The notes under the pieces were generated by a model. It saw only the letters and a list, made by a program, of their open reading frames with translations. It did not search any database and was not told the DNA's origin. Shown one piece after another: positions 39,296 to 49,409 of a stretch of 64,000 nucleotides of DNA. Each line of letters starts with the position of its first letter. Positions within the stretch are counted from its first letter, which is position 1. The stretch spans positions 1,600,001 to 1,664,000 of the forward strand of contig CAWBEI010000002.1 in assembly GCA_963787835.1 (NCBI GenBank), given 5' to 3'. A program made the position numbers and the translations under genes. The DNA comes from Ignavibacteriota bacterium. GTDB lineage: Bacteria; Bacteroidota; Ignavibacteria; Palsa-1295.

Positions 39296-42200
39296 TGGCA
39301 TTCTCTCAACGAATGAGCACTCTCGGTCGCTGGTTGCGAGCGCCATGGGCGTGGCTTGCCCTGCTCCTGCTTTTGTGCTCTGTTCCTTTGAAAGCGCAGT
39401 CCTCGCTGACAACAAGTAATGCGTTCGTCATGGCGGACGTGTCAACTGATGGTGAGGGTTTGGTTCGGTATTTTTATGCGAATGGCCAGGGTATCAGCTT
39501 TCTCGCTGCGCGGACATCCTATCTCACCGTGCTCGTGGATACGACCTACTATACCAATAACCCGAACCTTGTTGCCACTGCCTCTCCGAAGTATCCGGTC
39601 ATGCTGCAGGGCGGCAGCACGAAGAAGATCCAGGATACGATCGAGACCGTTTGGCAGCCTAACGGAGCGACCGGTTTTGATATTGTTCAGGATATTTATC
39701 CGGTCGCGTTTCCTATTATGCAATGTGGTCAGATCGTGTTCAAGTTCAAAATTCGCAATCACGAGAGCTCAACGATCTTTGCGCAAGCGCAATATATGAT
39801 CGAACGTATGCCTCACGGAAAATGTAAATACCTCCAATGATAACGCGCCTATCACCACGCGTTATGGCTATCTCTCAACCGCCTGGACTTCCTTCCCGGG
39901 TCCCGCGGGCTCTATTCCTCCGTACTACATTGGATCGTTAGCGACCTTGACCAGCGGAAGTTTCCCAACGCTTCTTTCGATGGGTTTCAATAACGACTCA
40001 CTCGCACCCGAGCCGATGGGACTGATGCAGCCCACTCTTTTTTCGTTCGTTGATTGGAGGGAAGTTGTTACCGATTGGACGTGGAGCGGGCCAGCAGTGG
40101 GAATCCAATACCCTATGATTGGAGACGAGGCGTTGATCCTTCAATGGGGCGCGAGCAACGTGGATGCTAATGATACTGTAGAACTTGGCTGCGATAGCTA
40201 TGGCATGCCTGGTTGTACACCGATCTGCCTTAGTAATTCTGTTGATGCAATGATCATCCACCCGGATCACATCATTTGGGATCCGAATACCGGCCCATCC
40301 GGCTCGTATATCCCAAATCACTTCCCCGTTGAAGGGGTTGTTTGGAATCAATTGGCTCAGACCGCAAACAATGTTACCGGTTTGCAATCGATCACGAATG
40401 ATGCCACGGGCGCAGCCGATGGCCCTGTCAAGATCGTTTCTCCGTTGCCCGTCACCAATAATGGATATTCTCAATCCCATGTGATGGCGGCCACGCTTAA
40501 TGGTGGGTTCTCAACTTCTGTTTCGTGGGAGGATACCGTACTCGCGGGTATTCTTACCAACTGCTCTACCGACTCTCTCTATGATCTTGCGCTTGGCATT
40601 ACGGCAGGCGGCGTTGGCGGAACGAATTGCCTGAACGGAACTTATTATTGTCCGATCGAGGTGGATTGCCAGTCGAAGGATGTTAATCCGCCACGACATT
40701 CCCCCCATGTGGTGGTGGGAAATCTGAACTCCTGCAATAATCCAAAGGAGTACAGCGATTCGGTTTTCGATAACCGTTCTACCGATCTGGGCTTGCAAAG
40801 CATTACCTGGACCGTTACTCCGAATGCGAATGCTGTTAAAGTAGTGGTCGGTGCTATCACGCCTTGCACCAATGCGGAAGTTCCTATTACTGTTACCCAG
40901 CTCGACACCCTTCACGCTCCATGTGTGAATTTTACTTTTACGGACTGTGCCGGCAATGTGAGCACCGATCAGATATGCTTTGAAGCATGTCTGCCTCCGG
41001 GCCCTCTCGATACGCTTTCGCCTCGTATTAGGCTCTTGAATCGCTACGATCAGAATATTAACATTCCCTCGGATTCTGCAAATGATGTCTGTGAATATCA
41101 ATGCAGCCAATGGGTTGTTACGGATTCTGTCATCAATGGGCGCCAGCAGGATGAAGGTCTTAAGTCGATCAGTGTTGTATCGGAGACGAATATGTCGTTC
41201 AATCTTCCGAATCCGGTTACGCCTGGAGTGAAGGAAGATACGTTCAGTGTCTGTGTGATGGATTCTTTGTTTGATGGCTCGATCATTATTGGCGCGAGCG
41301 ATATCACTGGGATCAATGCGGAAACGTTCGATACGATTACGTATTGCACGGTGGTTGATACCACACCTCCTGCAGTGGTTGTTTCTACCCCGCTCGCGAA
41401 CGATTGGTTAGTCACCGTTAGCGAAACGCACCCCTGGGATCGCGGCATCGACTCGGTCTTGTTGACCTTTGTCAGTAACTGCGCACCTCAACCAAATCCG
41501 GGCGTGATAAAGCTCTTCCAACTCAATCCGACGACATGGCTTATCCTTCCCGCCGATACGTGTGCGGATACGATCAACTTCAATGTTGAGATCACCGATA
41601 CCTTCCAAAGCGCTTCCTTCTCGATCGAATCCTGGGATTGCGTTGGGAATCATACCATTCCCCATAATATCAATATTACCAAGAAGAGCGATACCTACTG
41701 CCCAACCGATTCGATCATTCACATTGGTTCTGATGAAATAGAAGTCATCTTTTCGGACGTCCATCCAGGCATTACGTACGACGAGGGACTCGACTCGATC
41801 TGGTTCTACAATGTTCACAATATTACCATGTTGTATAAGGGAATTCAGACTGCACCCCATTCCATTCATGAGCCGCTGACCGGTATGACTACTCCGAAAT
41901 TCCCCCTGCGGGACACGGTGTACTTCTTCGTAACGGACACCACCATCCATGACACCCAGCCTGCAGAAGTATGTTGGGACGCCGTCGATGGATCGACGGT
42001 CAATAGTGGAGGAACCGGAAACCCACTCTGCGCAAATCCGGTATGTTGGAGTTATACACTGGTACAGGATACCACCCCTCCCATCGTCAAGGTTGGCTAT
42101 GAGCCATGCGATTCTCTCACCATCAACGTTACCGATACCCGCACCAATGACCGCGGTATCTATCGTGTATGGGATACGCTGACCGAAAATATCCAGCCCT

Positions 42201-43207
42201 TCTCCGAAATAGATTCCGGGGCCGCATCGCTGGCATTTAATCTCCCCATTACCGACCGCACAAAGTCCGCGAGCGGGAAGTTAGTTGCTAACGACGTTTG
42301 GGGGCATCAGTCAAGCGATCCCAGCACACAGGCGCAGCATACCGATACGGTCGGCATCGATGTCTATCGCCAGGATATGGCCATGATCGCCAGCGGGATC
42401 GTCAAGACCACCTCCAGCGTGACGTTTAACGTTCCCGTCTATCTCGATTCCACGGACGCGTTCCCGCTCAGCCAAAAGAATATCACGCAGTTCCAATTCA
42501 GCTTCCACATTACTTCATCGTCGGCGATGAATGGAAGCAATTTCCTCAAGTTTGTGGGCACGGCCAATGCACCGGCCATGCCCGCCGGATGGACCATCAC
42601 CCCGGCCCCGGGAACGGCTCCCGGCGCCGGACCTGATTACACCATTACCGGAACGAGCGCTGCGCCGCTCGGGAACCTCGACGCCCATGACACCATGCTC
42701 TATCTCGTCTTCTCCGGAAGCGAAACGCCCGATGTCGAGGAGGCGCAGATCGTCGTCGATCAGGATGCCTGTGGCGATGAACTCTCCTACAATGCCGGTA
42801 CACCAACCACCCTCGCAACGCCGAACTACAGCGTAACCCTCCCCGCGCCTGCCGGGCTGCTCACCGGCGGTACCATCCTCTTCATGGATTCCTGTGCTAC
42901 CATCGTCGGAAATAACCCGCACCCGACCATCCTGTCGCTCGCACCCGCCATTCCCAATCCGTTCTCCGGTTCTACCGTCGTGCAGTACACGGTTCCAAAC
43001 CAACTGCCCGCATCGCCGACGATGCTTGTACGACTGGAACTCTATAACGCGTTGGGACAAAAGATCAAGACCCTCGCCAACGAAACCGATAACCAGGGCA
43101 CCTATCAGGTTGTCATGGATGGCAGCACCCTCCAGGCTGGTACCTACTTCCTCCGGCTGCAAGCTGATGGCCAGGTTTGTTCACAAACCCTTATTCTCAA
43201 GCATTGA
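39295..43207 (+). CDS. Large Cys-rich T9SS cargo (tandem Ig-like repeats, cohesin-like domain, CTD); +1 frameshift near 39803
   Basis: Deleting one A gives QYMIDVCLTENVNTSNDNAPITTRYG... in frame with 39947-43207; CTD PNPF...YNALG...GTYFLRL. Confidence 0.82.
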
Positions 43208-43291
43208 GTACCGAGTAATGAGGTGTTAGAGCCGCACCGCATCATGGGTGATGCGTGCATCGCCGAAAGCATCCGCATCGCTGCTCGGTAC

Positions 43292-45004
43292 TCACCTTCG
43301 TTTTCCCGCAATGATAACGCCCGTCTCTTGTTTCAAGGATTGAGCGGGACTTTGGGAAGTAATTTGTACCAGTACACTATAAAGACCTGGCGGAAGGATT
43401 TGCCCATTATCTCGCTTCCCATCGAACGTCAGTGCAGATGCTCCAAGAACCGGAGTAGCATTCGCCAACGTGCGAACTATTCGTCCGTGTGCATCATAGA
43501 TACGCACTTGCATGGTCCATGAGGCGCTGGTACCCGTTTGTACGGTGAGAGTGCTGACGTCCTCGAAGCCATCGCCATCTGGCGAGAATGGATTCGGAGA
43601 AAAGCTTGCGTTGAAAACGGTTCCAATTGACGGTGTCACGATGGTGTCAGAGGTATTGACGGAGTTTTTAGCAAGGGGTGTTGCGCTATCGAGCGAGGCT
43701 TGCCAATTCTGAGGATCGTTGCTTTCCCCGCGGGGATCTTTGCGTTCTAAAGAAATTCCAACGAAGCTCTTTTTTAATAGGCTCTGCTGCCAGGTTTTAT
43801 AATAGTGCACTGAGTCGATCGAGGATGAATCGCGATTGTGCAAAACAACAAAGCACGAATCATTACCCAGATCGAGCGAGGAAGTTCCAAGTTGCGTGAT
43901 GCCGGTTCGGCCAGTAAGTGCAGGATAGGTTGTGTAAATGGAGTCATTAGCAGTAACAATACCGAACGAATCCGGGGCGATCATGAGTAATGGAACAGTA
44001 TGCGAATATTCACCGGGTTTTGATTCGCCCGTGATGAGCCGAGTAGAATCCAGTGAGATCCATTTGTCAGAAAGATTATAGACTTCAAACCATTCACAAC
44101 TACTCACTAACGGATCGAACATGATCTCGTTGATGACAACGCTATCCATTGGGATAGGCACCATGACGGTGCTTCGTAATGTATCATTTGCAGGATTCAC
44201 ATCTAAAGAATCCTGAATGTAAAGCGTGACCGGGAATAAGCCATAAAAATTATCAGGGAGCGGGATAGATACAACCAGCGAATGATTGCTCGGTAGATCG
44301 ATCGTCAGCTCTTGAAGCATTGGTGCAAATGTGCCAATTTGCATGATCAGCGAAGTATGCGTAACCGTATCCAGCCCCACATTTGCAATGGTAACTGAAA
44401 GAGAAGTATTCGAGGTGAAGGCACTCGTGAGCGCCAGATCGTAAGCTCGTTTCCGTACGGAATTTGGGCGTAGGATGGTCGAGCCGCTCGGATCTTTGCA
44501 CGCACTCCAGTTCGTTGAATCATATCCAAGGACGTAGGGATCTATTCGCTCGATGGAAATGCCATCCGATTTGATCCATTTCCCACTATACCATGCGCTG
44601 TCAATAAGATTTCCAAGAGGATCATGCAGCGAGATCGTGGAGCCGGTATTGTTCAGGTCCGGTAGGCTGAGGCGGATAATTCGCTCGATGTCCACATCAC
44701 GGATGGCAGCAAGTTCGGTATCATTACTCGAAAGGACGACTAGCGAATCGGGAGGGATGGTGGTATTCGTGTTGGGTACCATAACGGGGGTGTGACCCTT
44801 AACGGTGAGTACCCATCCGGCAATATTAATGGTGTCGGGGGTAGTATTCAGCAGCTCGATCCACTCCGGTTCTGGGCTTACCGGCGCGAACATGATCTCA
44901 TTAATGACGACACTCGAAACCGCTCCAAGGCTCTTCGTTTGTGCAGAAGCTATTTCCGGTATAAGGAATACAATGATAAGGATGAAAGCGAATTTTGGAG
45001 TCAT
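43292..45004 (-). CDS. Two lamin-tail domains + FlgD-Ig/gliding-motility C-terminal domain
   Basis: VINEIMFAP..EWIEL and VINEIMFDP..EWFEV; PNPFSPDGDGFED. Confidence 0.85.
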   Translation of the reverse strand: MTPKFAFILIIVFLIPEIASAQTKSLGAVSSVVINEIMFAPVSPEPEWIELLNTTPDTINIAGWVLTVKGHTPVMVPNTNTTIPPDSLVVLSSNDTELAAIRDVDIERIIRLSLPDLNNTGSTISLHDPLGNLIDSAWYSGKWIKSDGISIERIDPYVLGYDSTNWSACKDPSGSTILRPNSVRKRAYDLALTSAFTSNTSLSVTIANVGLDTVTHTSLIMQIGTFAPMLQELTIDLPSNHSLVVSIPLPDNFYGLFPVTLYIQDSLDVNPANDTLRSTVMVPIPMDSVVINEIMFDPLVSSCEWFEVYNLSDKWISLDSTRLITGESKPGEYSHTVPLLMIAPDSFGIVTANDSIYTTYPALTGRTGITQLGTSSLDLGNDSCFVVLHNRDSSSIDSVHYYKTWQQSLLKKSFVGISLERKDPRGESNDPQNWQASLDSATPLAKNSVNTSDTIVTPSIGTVFNASFSPNPFSPDGDGFEDVSTLTVQTGTSASWTMQVRIYDAHGRIVRTLANATPVLGASALTFDGKRDNGQILPPGLYSVLVQITSQSPAQSLKQETGVIIAGKRR

Positions 45005-45240
45005 GATGTAAGGGACTTTAAGACCGTCTGGTGGTCTTGAGAAGATTATTTCTCTACAAAGTTCGTGATTATTTTTCGCCAAACGGTGAAAAAGCCGATT
45101 TTAAAGTCTTTCGACAACGCCGCATCATGGGTGAGGCGCGCATGGTCCGCATCATGGTTGATGCTGCATCGCCCACGATGCTCACGATGCACAACGAGCC
45201 GGTAGGAACGGAGGCTGTTGCGGCGTGTTAAGAGCATACA

Positions 45241-46701
45241 ATGCCAGAAATAGAACTTGAAATAGCGCCACCTTCATCGCCCACAGCATCGTCGGCGATG
45301 CGGATGAAAGCCCGGTTACATCAGCCAAAGCAAGCATCGCCCACGATGCGCGTATCTATTGTGACGTTGGGATGCGAGAAGAACACGGTGGATTCGGAGG
45401 TGATCGGCGGGATGCTCTCGCGTCGGAATATAGCGCTCGCCAGTTCGCCAGAGGAGGCGGATACGGTAATCATCAATACGTGCGGGTTTATCGATCACGC
45501 AAAAAAGGAATCGATCTCTACGATCTTGGAGGCGATCGAACTGAAGAAACAAGGCGTGATCGGTACGCTGTATGTAGCGGGCTGTCTTTCGGAACGTTAC
45601 CGCTCGGAACTTCAAGCGGAGATGCCCGAGGTCGATCGTTTTTTCGGTACGCAGGATTTTGAAGAAATCTTGCATGAAGTCATTCCGGAAAGCATCGCCG
45701 AGGATGCTGGATCTTTCGATTTAAAGTATCATTTGCTTGATGAGCGATTAGTATCGGACCATAGACATTTTGCTTATTTAAAAATATCCGAAGGGTGCGA
45801 CCATCCGTGCTCGTTCTGCGCGATCCCGATCATGCGTGGGGGACATCGTTCCCGTGCGATAGATGAGCTGGAGTTCGAAACGATGATGCTTGGCAGTAAT
45901 GGCGCGAAGGAGATCGTGCTGATCGCGCAGGACTCGACGAATTACGGACTTGACTTGTACGGTGAGCGATCCATAGCGAAATTAGTTACACGTTTGGCGC
46001 GCATTCCGAGCATCGCATGGATCCGTTTGATGTATGCATATCCAGCTCAGTTCCCGTTCGATCTGCTGGATGTGATGGGCAATGAGGAGAAAGTGGTGCC
46101 GTATCTGGACATTCCGGTGCAGCATGCCTCGACGGCGGTGCTGAAATCGATGCGGCGTGGCATCACGCGCCGCGCAACGGAGGAACTAATTGCCACTATT
46201 CGAGAGCGGGTTCCAGGCATTGCGCTACGGACGACGCTTATCACCGGCTACCCCGCGGAAGGCGATCGGGAATTTGAGGAACTCGAAGAATTTGTCGAGC
46301 AGATGCAGTTTGACCGGCTCGGTGTTTTTACGTACAGTCAGGAGGATGGGACGACGGCGCACCCGCTCGGCGATCCCATTCCACAGGCTGAAAAGTTTGC
46401 CCGCCAAGCCAGACTATATGATATCCAGGCGGAAGTTTCGCGTTCGAAGAATCTCGCAAAAATTGGATCGGTCGAGAAGGTGCTGATCGAACGCATGGAA
46501 GTTGAAGACGGCAGAGAGTATTACTACGGCCGCACATCATCGCACGCGCCGGAAGTGGATGGGGAAATCCGTGTAACAGTTCCGGATACAATGGGCGATA
46601 GCACGAATACCCTGCTTGGCAGTTTTGTTCACGCGCGCATTATGGGCATCGGTGAAGAAGATGGATCCAGCGATTTCGAGCTTCAAGCGGAATTAGTTTG
46701 A
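45241..46701 (+). CDS. rimO: Ribosomal protein S12 methylthiotransferase
   Basis: LGCEKNTVDSE, NTCGFI, KISEGCDHPCSFC, APEVDG (TRAM domain). Confidence 0.96.
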   Translation: MPEIELEIAPPSSPTASSAMRMKARLHQPKQASPTMRVSIVTLGCEKNTVDSEVIGGMLSRRNIALASSPEEADTVIINTCGFIDHAKKESISTILEAIELKKQGVIGTLYVAGCLSERYRSELQAEMPEVDRFFGTQDFEEILHEVIPESIAEDAGSFDLKYHLLDERLVSDHRHFAYLKISEGCDHPCSFCAIPIMRGGHRSRAIDELEFETMMLGSNGAKEIVLIAQDSTNYGLDLYGERSIAKLVTRLARIPSIAWIRLMYAYPAQFPFDLLDVMGNEEKVVPYLDIPVQHASTAVLKSMRRGITRRATEELIATIRERVPGIALRTTLITGYPAEGDREFEELEEFVEQMQFDRLGVFTYSQEDGTTAHPLGDPIPQAEKFARQARLYDIQAEVSRSKNLAKIGSVEKVLIERMEVEDGREYYYGRTSSHAPEVDGEIRVTVPDTMGDSTNTLLGSFVHARIMGIGEEDGSSDFELQAELV

Positions 46702-46704
46702 CCG

Positions 46705-48240
46705 ATGATGAAAGGCCTTTTTTGCTTTTCGCTCTGCAGTCTTGCATTCATCCTCTGTGATGGGAGTACGTTTGTGAAGGCCCAGCGCAGGATGCCTTCA
46801 GAAGCACGCAGGCATGAGATCGAGGCGAAAGGTCCACGCGCGATGTTTGATCTGGTCGCATTTAAAGGTTCCAACTCCGATAGCACCCGAATGGATCTTT
46901 ATGTCGCACTTCCATATTCGTCCCTTGATTTTTCCTATGCCATCGATAAATATGTTGCCGATTACGCGGTTGGTGTTGTTGTAATCAACAAAGAACGAGA
47001 GCTTCTCAACCGATACGAACCCTATAATGTGCTTGAAACGACGACCGATCATCAAGCCCGTCTTCAGCGTGGCAGGGGACAAGCGGATGCCGAACAGATC
47101 TCATTCATGATGAGTCCTGGTGAGGACTATGAGTTGCGCCTTAGCGTCCGCGATCTCACCTCGCGGCGTGAGTTCGACACCATCGTTCTGTTCCATGTTA
47201 AGAATTTTTCTGGCGCCGCGCCCGGAATGAGCGATCTCCTGCTTTACCGAGAGAGAAGAGGGATGCGTATCGTTCCGTCTATTGGGCCGGATGTTTCGAG
47301 CATCATTGAGGATGCGGGCGAAGCACACATCGCCGACGATGCCCGCATCGCCGACGATGCTAATGCTGGTCTATTCGCTGAGCTATACAATCTTCCCGCT
47401 GATTCCACACTCGGGATAGTTACAGAAATCATTCAAAATAGATCCGAGGAGAACCCCGGTCAGCCAATAGTAGCAAGTCATACCACCTCCATTCTTCGAA
47501 CCTCACATTCTGGCGGTTCCGGATTTACAGCATCGCCCACGATGCTTGCTCCGGCTTCAGTCTCCGAGACTCCATTATTTGTCCCTCTTGAATTTAGTGA
47601 GTTGTGGATGGGCCGTTATACTATCCACACATTCATTCTTCCTTCCGTGAAAGATACAAATTTGACTGATCCATCCTCGTTGCAAAAAGAGGCGCTGACG
47701 TATGCCACACGCAGCATCCGTGTTCGCATCGCAAGAGGAATTCCATTCGCGGAGGCTGATCTCGATCAAGCGATCGATCAATTACATATCATAGCAAGCG
47801 GTGCTGAATGGGACTCACTCTCGAATGCGAAGACTACCAAGGACAAGCGGCAAGCGATCATGGAATTCTGGAATCGCAAAACTTCTGAAGCCGATCGCGT
47901 GTCGATCTTACATTCCACCAATAATCAAGGCCCCTCAAACCGTCCGATGGACGTCTTCTATGCAAGAGTGGATTATGCAAATACACATTTTGGGAATGAA
48001 CATACGTTATCATCGAGATCACAACAGGGATGGAAAACCGACCGTGGTCGCGTCTATATTGCTCTGGGCCCACCAGACTTTATCGATAGCCATCCCGATG
48101 AGACACTACAAAAGCCGTATGAAATATGGCAGTACTCTTCGCTCAATGTTCGATATACGTTTGTCGACGAATATATGCTCGGCGAGTACTACCTGAGGGG
48201 TGCTGCTCCTCCGCAAGGTACATTCATTTGGGACAAATAA
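46705..48240 (+). CDS. GWxTD-domain protein
   Basis: GWKTDRGRVYIALGPPD, YEIWQY; signal peptide. Confidence 0.92.
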   Translation: MMKGLFCFSLCSLAFILCDGSTFVKAQRRMPSEARRHEIEAKGPRAMFDLVAFKGSNSDSTRMDLYVALPYSSLDFSYAIDKYVADYAVGVVVINKERELLNRYEPYNVLETTTDHQARLQRGRGQADAEQISFMMSPGEDYELRLSVRDLTSRREFDTIVLFHVKNFSGAAPGMSDLLLYRERRGMRIVPSIGPDVSSIIEDAGEAHIADDARIADDANAGLFAELYNLPADSTLGIVTEIIQNRSEENPGQPIVASHTTSILRTSHSGGSGFTASPTMLAPASVSETPLFVPLEFSELWMGRYTIHTFILPSVKDTNLTDPSSLQKEALTYATRSIRVRIARGIPFAEADLDQAIDQLHIIASGAEWDSLSNAKTTKDKRQAIMEFWNRKTSEADRVSILHSTNNQGPSNRPMDVFYARVDYANTHFGNEHTLSSRSQQGWKTDRGRVYIALGPPDFIDSHPDETLQKPYEIWQYSSLNVRYTFVDEYMLGEYYLRGAAPPQGTFIWDK

Positions 48241-48245
48241 ATAGT

Positions 48246-49409
48246 ATGCGTGGAAAAATATTAGTTGCAGCACTTCCTATTCCAGGAATATGGAATGCAA
48301 CGGACGCCGCTTCTCAACTTGCTCGGATGATCCGAACGGAGGATCGGTCGCTGACAAGTTCTGATATTATTCAGCTTCCGGTCGTCGATGGAGGGTCGGG
48401 AACGATAGACTTTCTCGTTTCTCATACGCTTGGATCGTTCCTGGAAGTCGAGGCCTGTGGTGCTTTAGGGGTAGATCTGGTTGTGCCGATCGGATTTGCA
48501 GGGGAAGATGGAAAACTTGCTGTGATCGAAATATCGCGAGTATCCGGCGTTTCTCATCTTGGGGATTCCGGTACCACTGCCGGAATTGGCGAGCTGATTC
48601 AGGATGCGTTGGATGAAGGCGCGTTTTCTGTCATTCTTGGCCATGAAGAACCAATTGCATGCGATGCCGGGCTTGGGGCTGCTGCTGCCCTCGGTGTTCG
48701 TTTCTTCGATGATGCCGGTCGTGAGATCAATTTCGCGCGTCCCGGAACGAATGTTTCTACAATAGATCTCATTTCTAATATAGCGAAGGTAGATGCATCC
48801 GCCAGAAGCTTTTCGCTGCTGAGTTCGAGGATCTTTATTGCTCGCGCCTCGAATGTTGAACCATCGGGCGCTACGCTCGAAGATAAAGATCATCTGCACG
48901 CAGCGCTTGAAAAACTTGCGGACATCATTCATCGTGACATCGGGATTCGTCCTTCCACTACACGATTGAGCCCCAGCGCGGTGGAATTTGGACTTGTGGC
49001 ATTTCTTGGGGCCGAAGTTCGCGAGGGAGCATCACTGATTTTCGAAGCATCGAACATTGCAGAGAGTCTATTGCGCGGCGAGTTCTCGGAATTGATCGTT
49101 TTGATGCCATCCCTTGCCGCGATGGAGAGCCTTTCCATTGCCCCAATGCTCGCGCTGGCACGCGAAAAAGTGAAGCACCGCGCTATTCTTGTGAATGGTG
49201 GAAATGCGATCTCCTCAGAGGTTCCCGAACCGGTATTCTTTCTTCAGGATGTTACGTTGTTCCAGCCACCGGCCCATGAAACATCGGGTCTTGAAGCGAA
49301 ACGAAGGGATAGTACTATGCGTCTCGAAAAGATCATTCCATCCGTGTTGGAAGGGCTCCGGAAAAAGGCTACGTCGAAATCAACAGTGCCCAAAGGAAGC
49401 CGTGTATAA
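48246..49409 (+). CDS. Glycerate kinase (GlxK)-like protein, divergent
   Basis: LPVVDGGSGT, AVIEIS, GIGELI, DAGLGAAAALGVRF. Confidence 0.75.
   Translation: MRGKILVAALPIPGIWNATDAASQLARMIRTEDRSLTSSDIIQLPVVDGGSGTIDFLVSHTLGSFLEVEACGALGVDLVVPIGFAGEDGKLAVIEISRVSGVSHLGDSGTTAGIGELIQDALDEGAFSVILGHEEPIACDAGLGAAAALGVRFFDDAGREINFARPGTNVSTIDLISNIAKVDASARSFSLLSSRIFIARASNVEPSGATLEDKDHLHAALEKLADIIHRDIGIRPSTTRLSPSAVEFGLVAFLGAEVREGASLIFEASNIAESLLRGEFSELIVLMPSLAAMESLSIAPMLALAREKVKHRAILVNGGNAISSEVPEPVFFLQDVTLFQPPAHETSGLEAKRRDSTMRLEKIIPSVLEGLRKKATSKSTVPKGSRV

Larger units (their letters stand above)
30398..47545. repeat. Dispersed 16-bp palindrome family GCATC-N6-GATGC
   Basis: Exact GCATCG-N4-CGATGC at 30398, 35130, 36300, 36529, 43010, 45166, 45286, 45334, 47345, 47530; GCATC-N6-GATGC variants at 36454, 43239, 45149, 45692, 47300; degenerate copies at 30535, 36315, 36372, 42515, 45122, 47327. 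Confidence 0.9.

Noticed and set aside
39295-39840. Independent 181-aa gene or programmed frameshift
   Set aside because: It is the N-terminus of the downstream T9SS protein; no slippery heptamer or stimulatory structure was seen.
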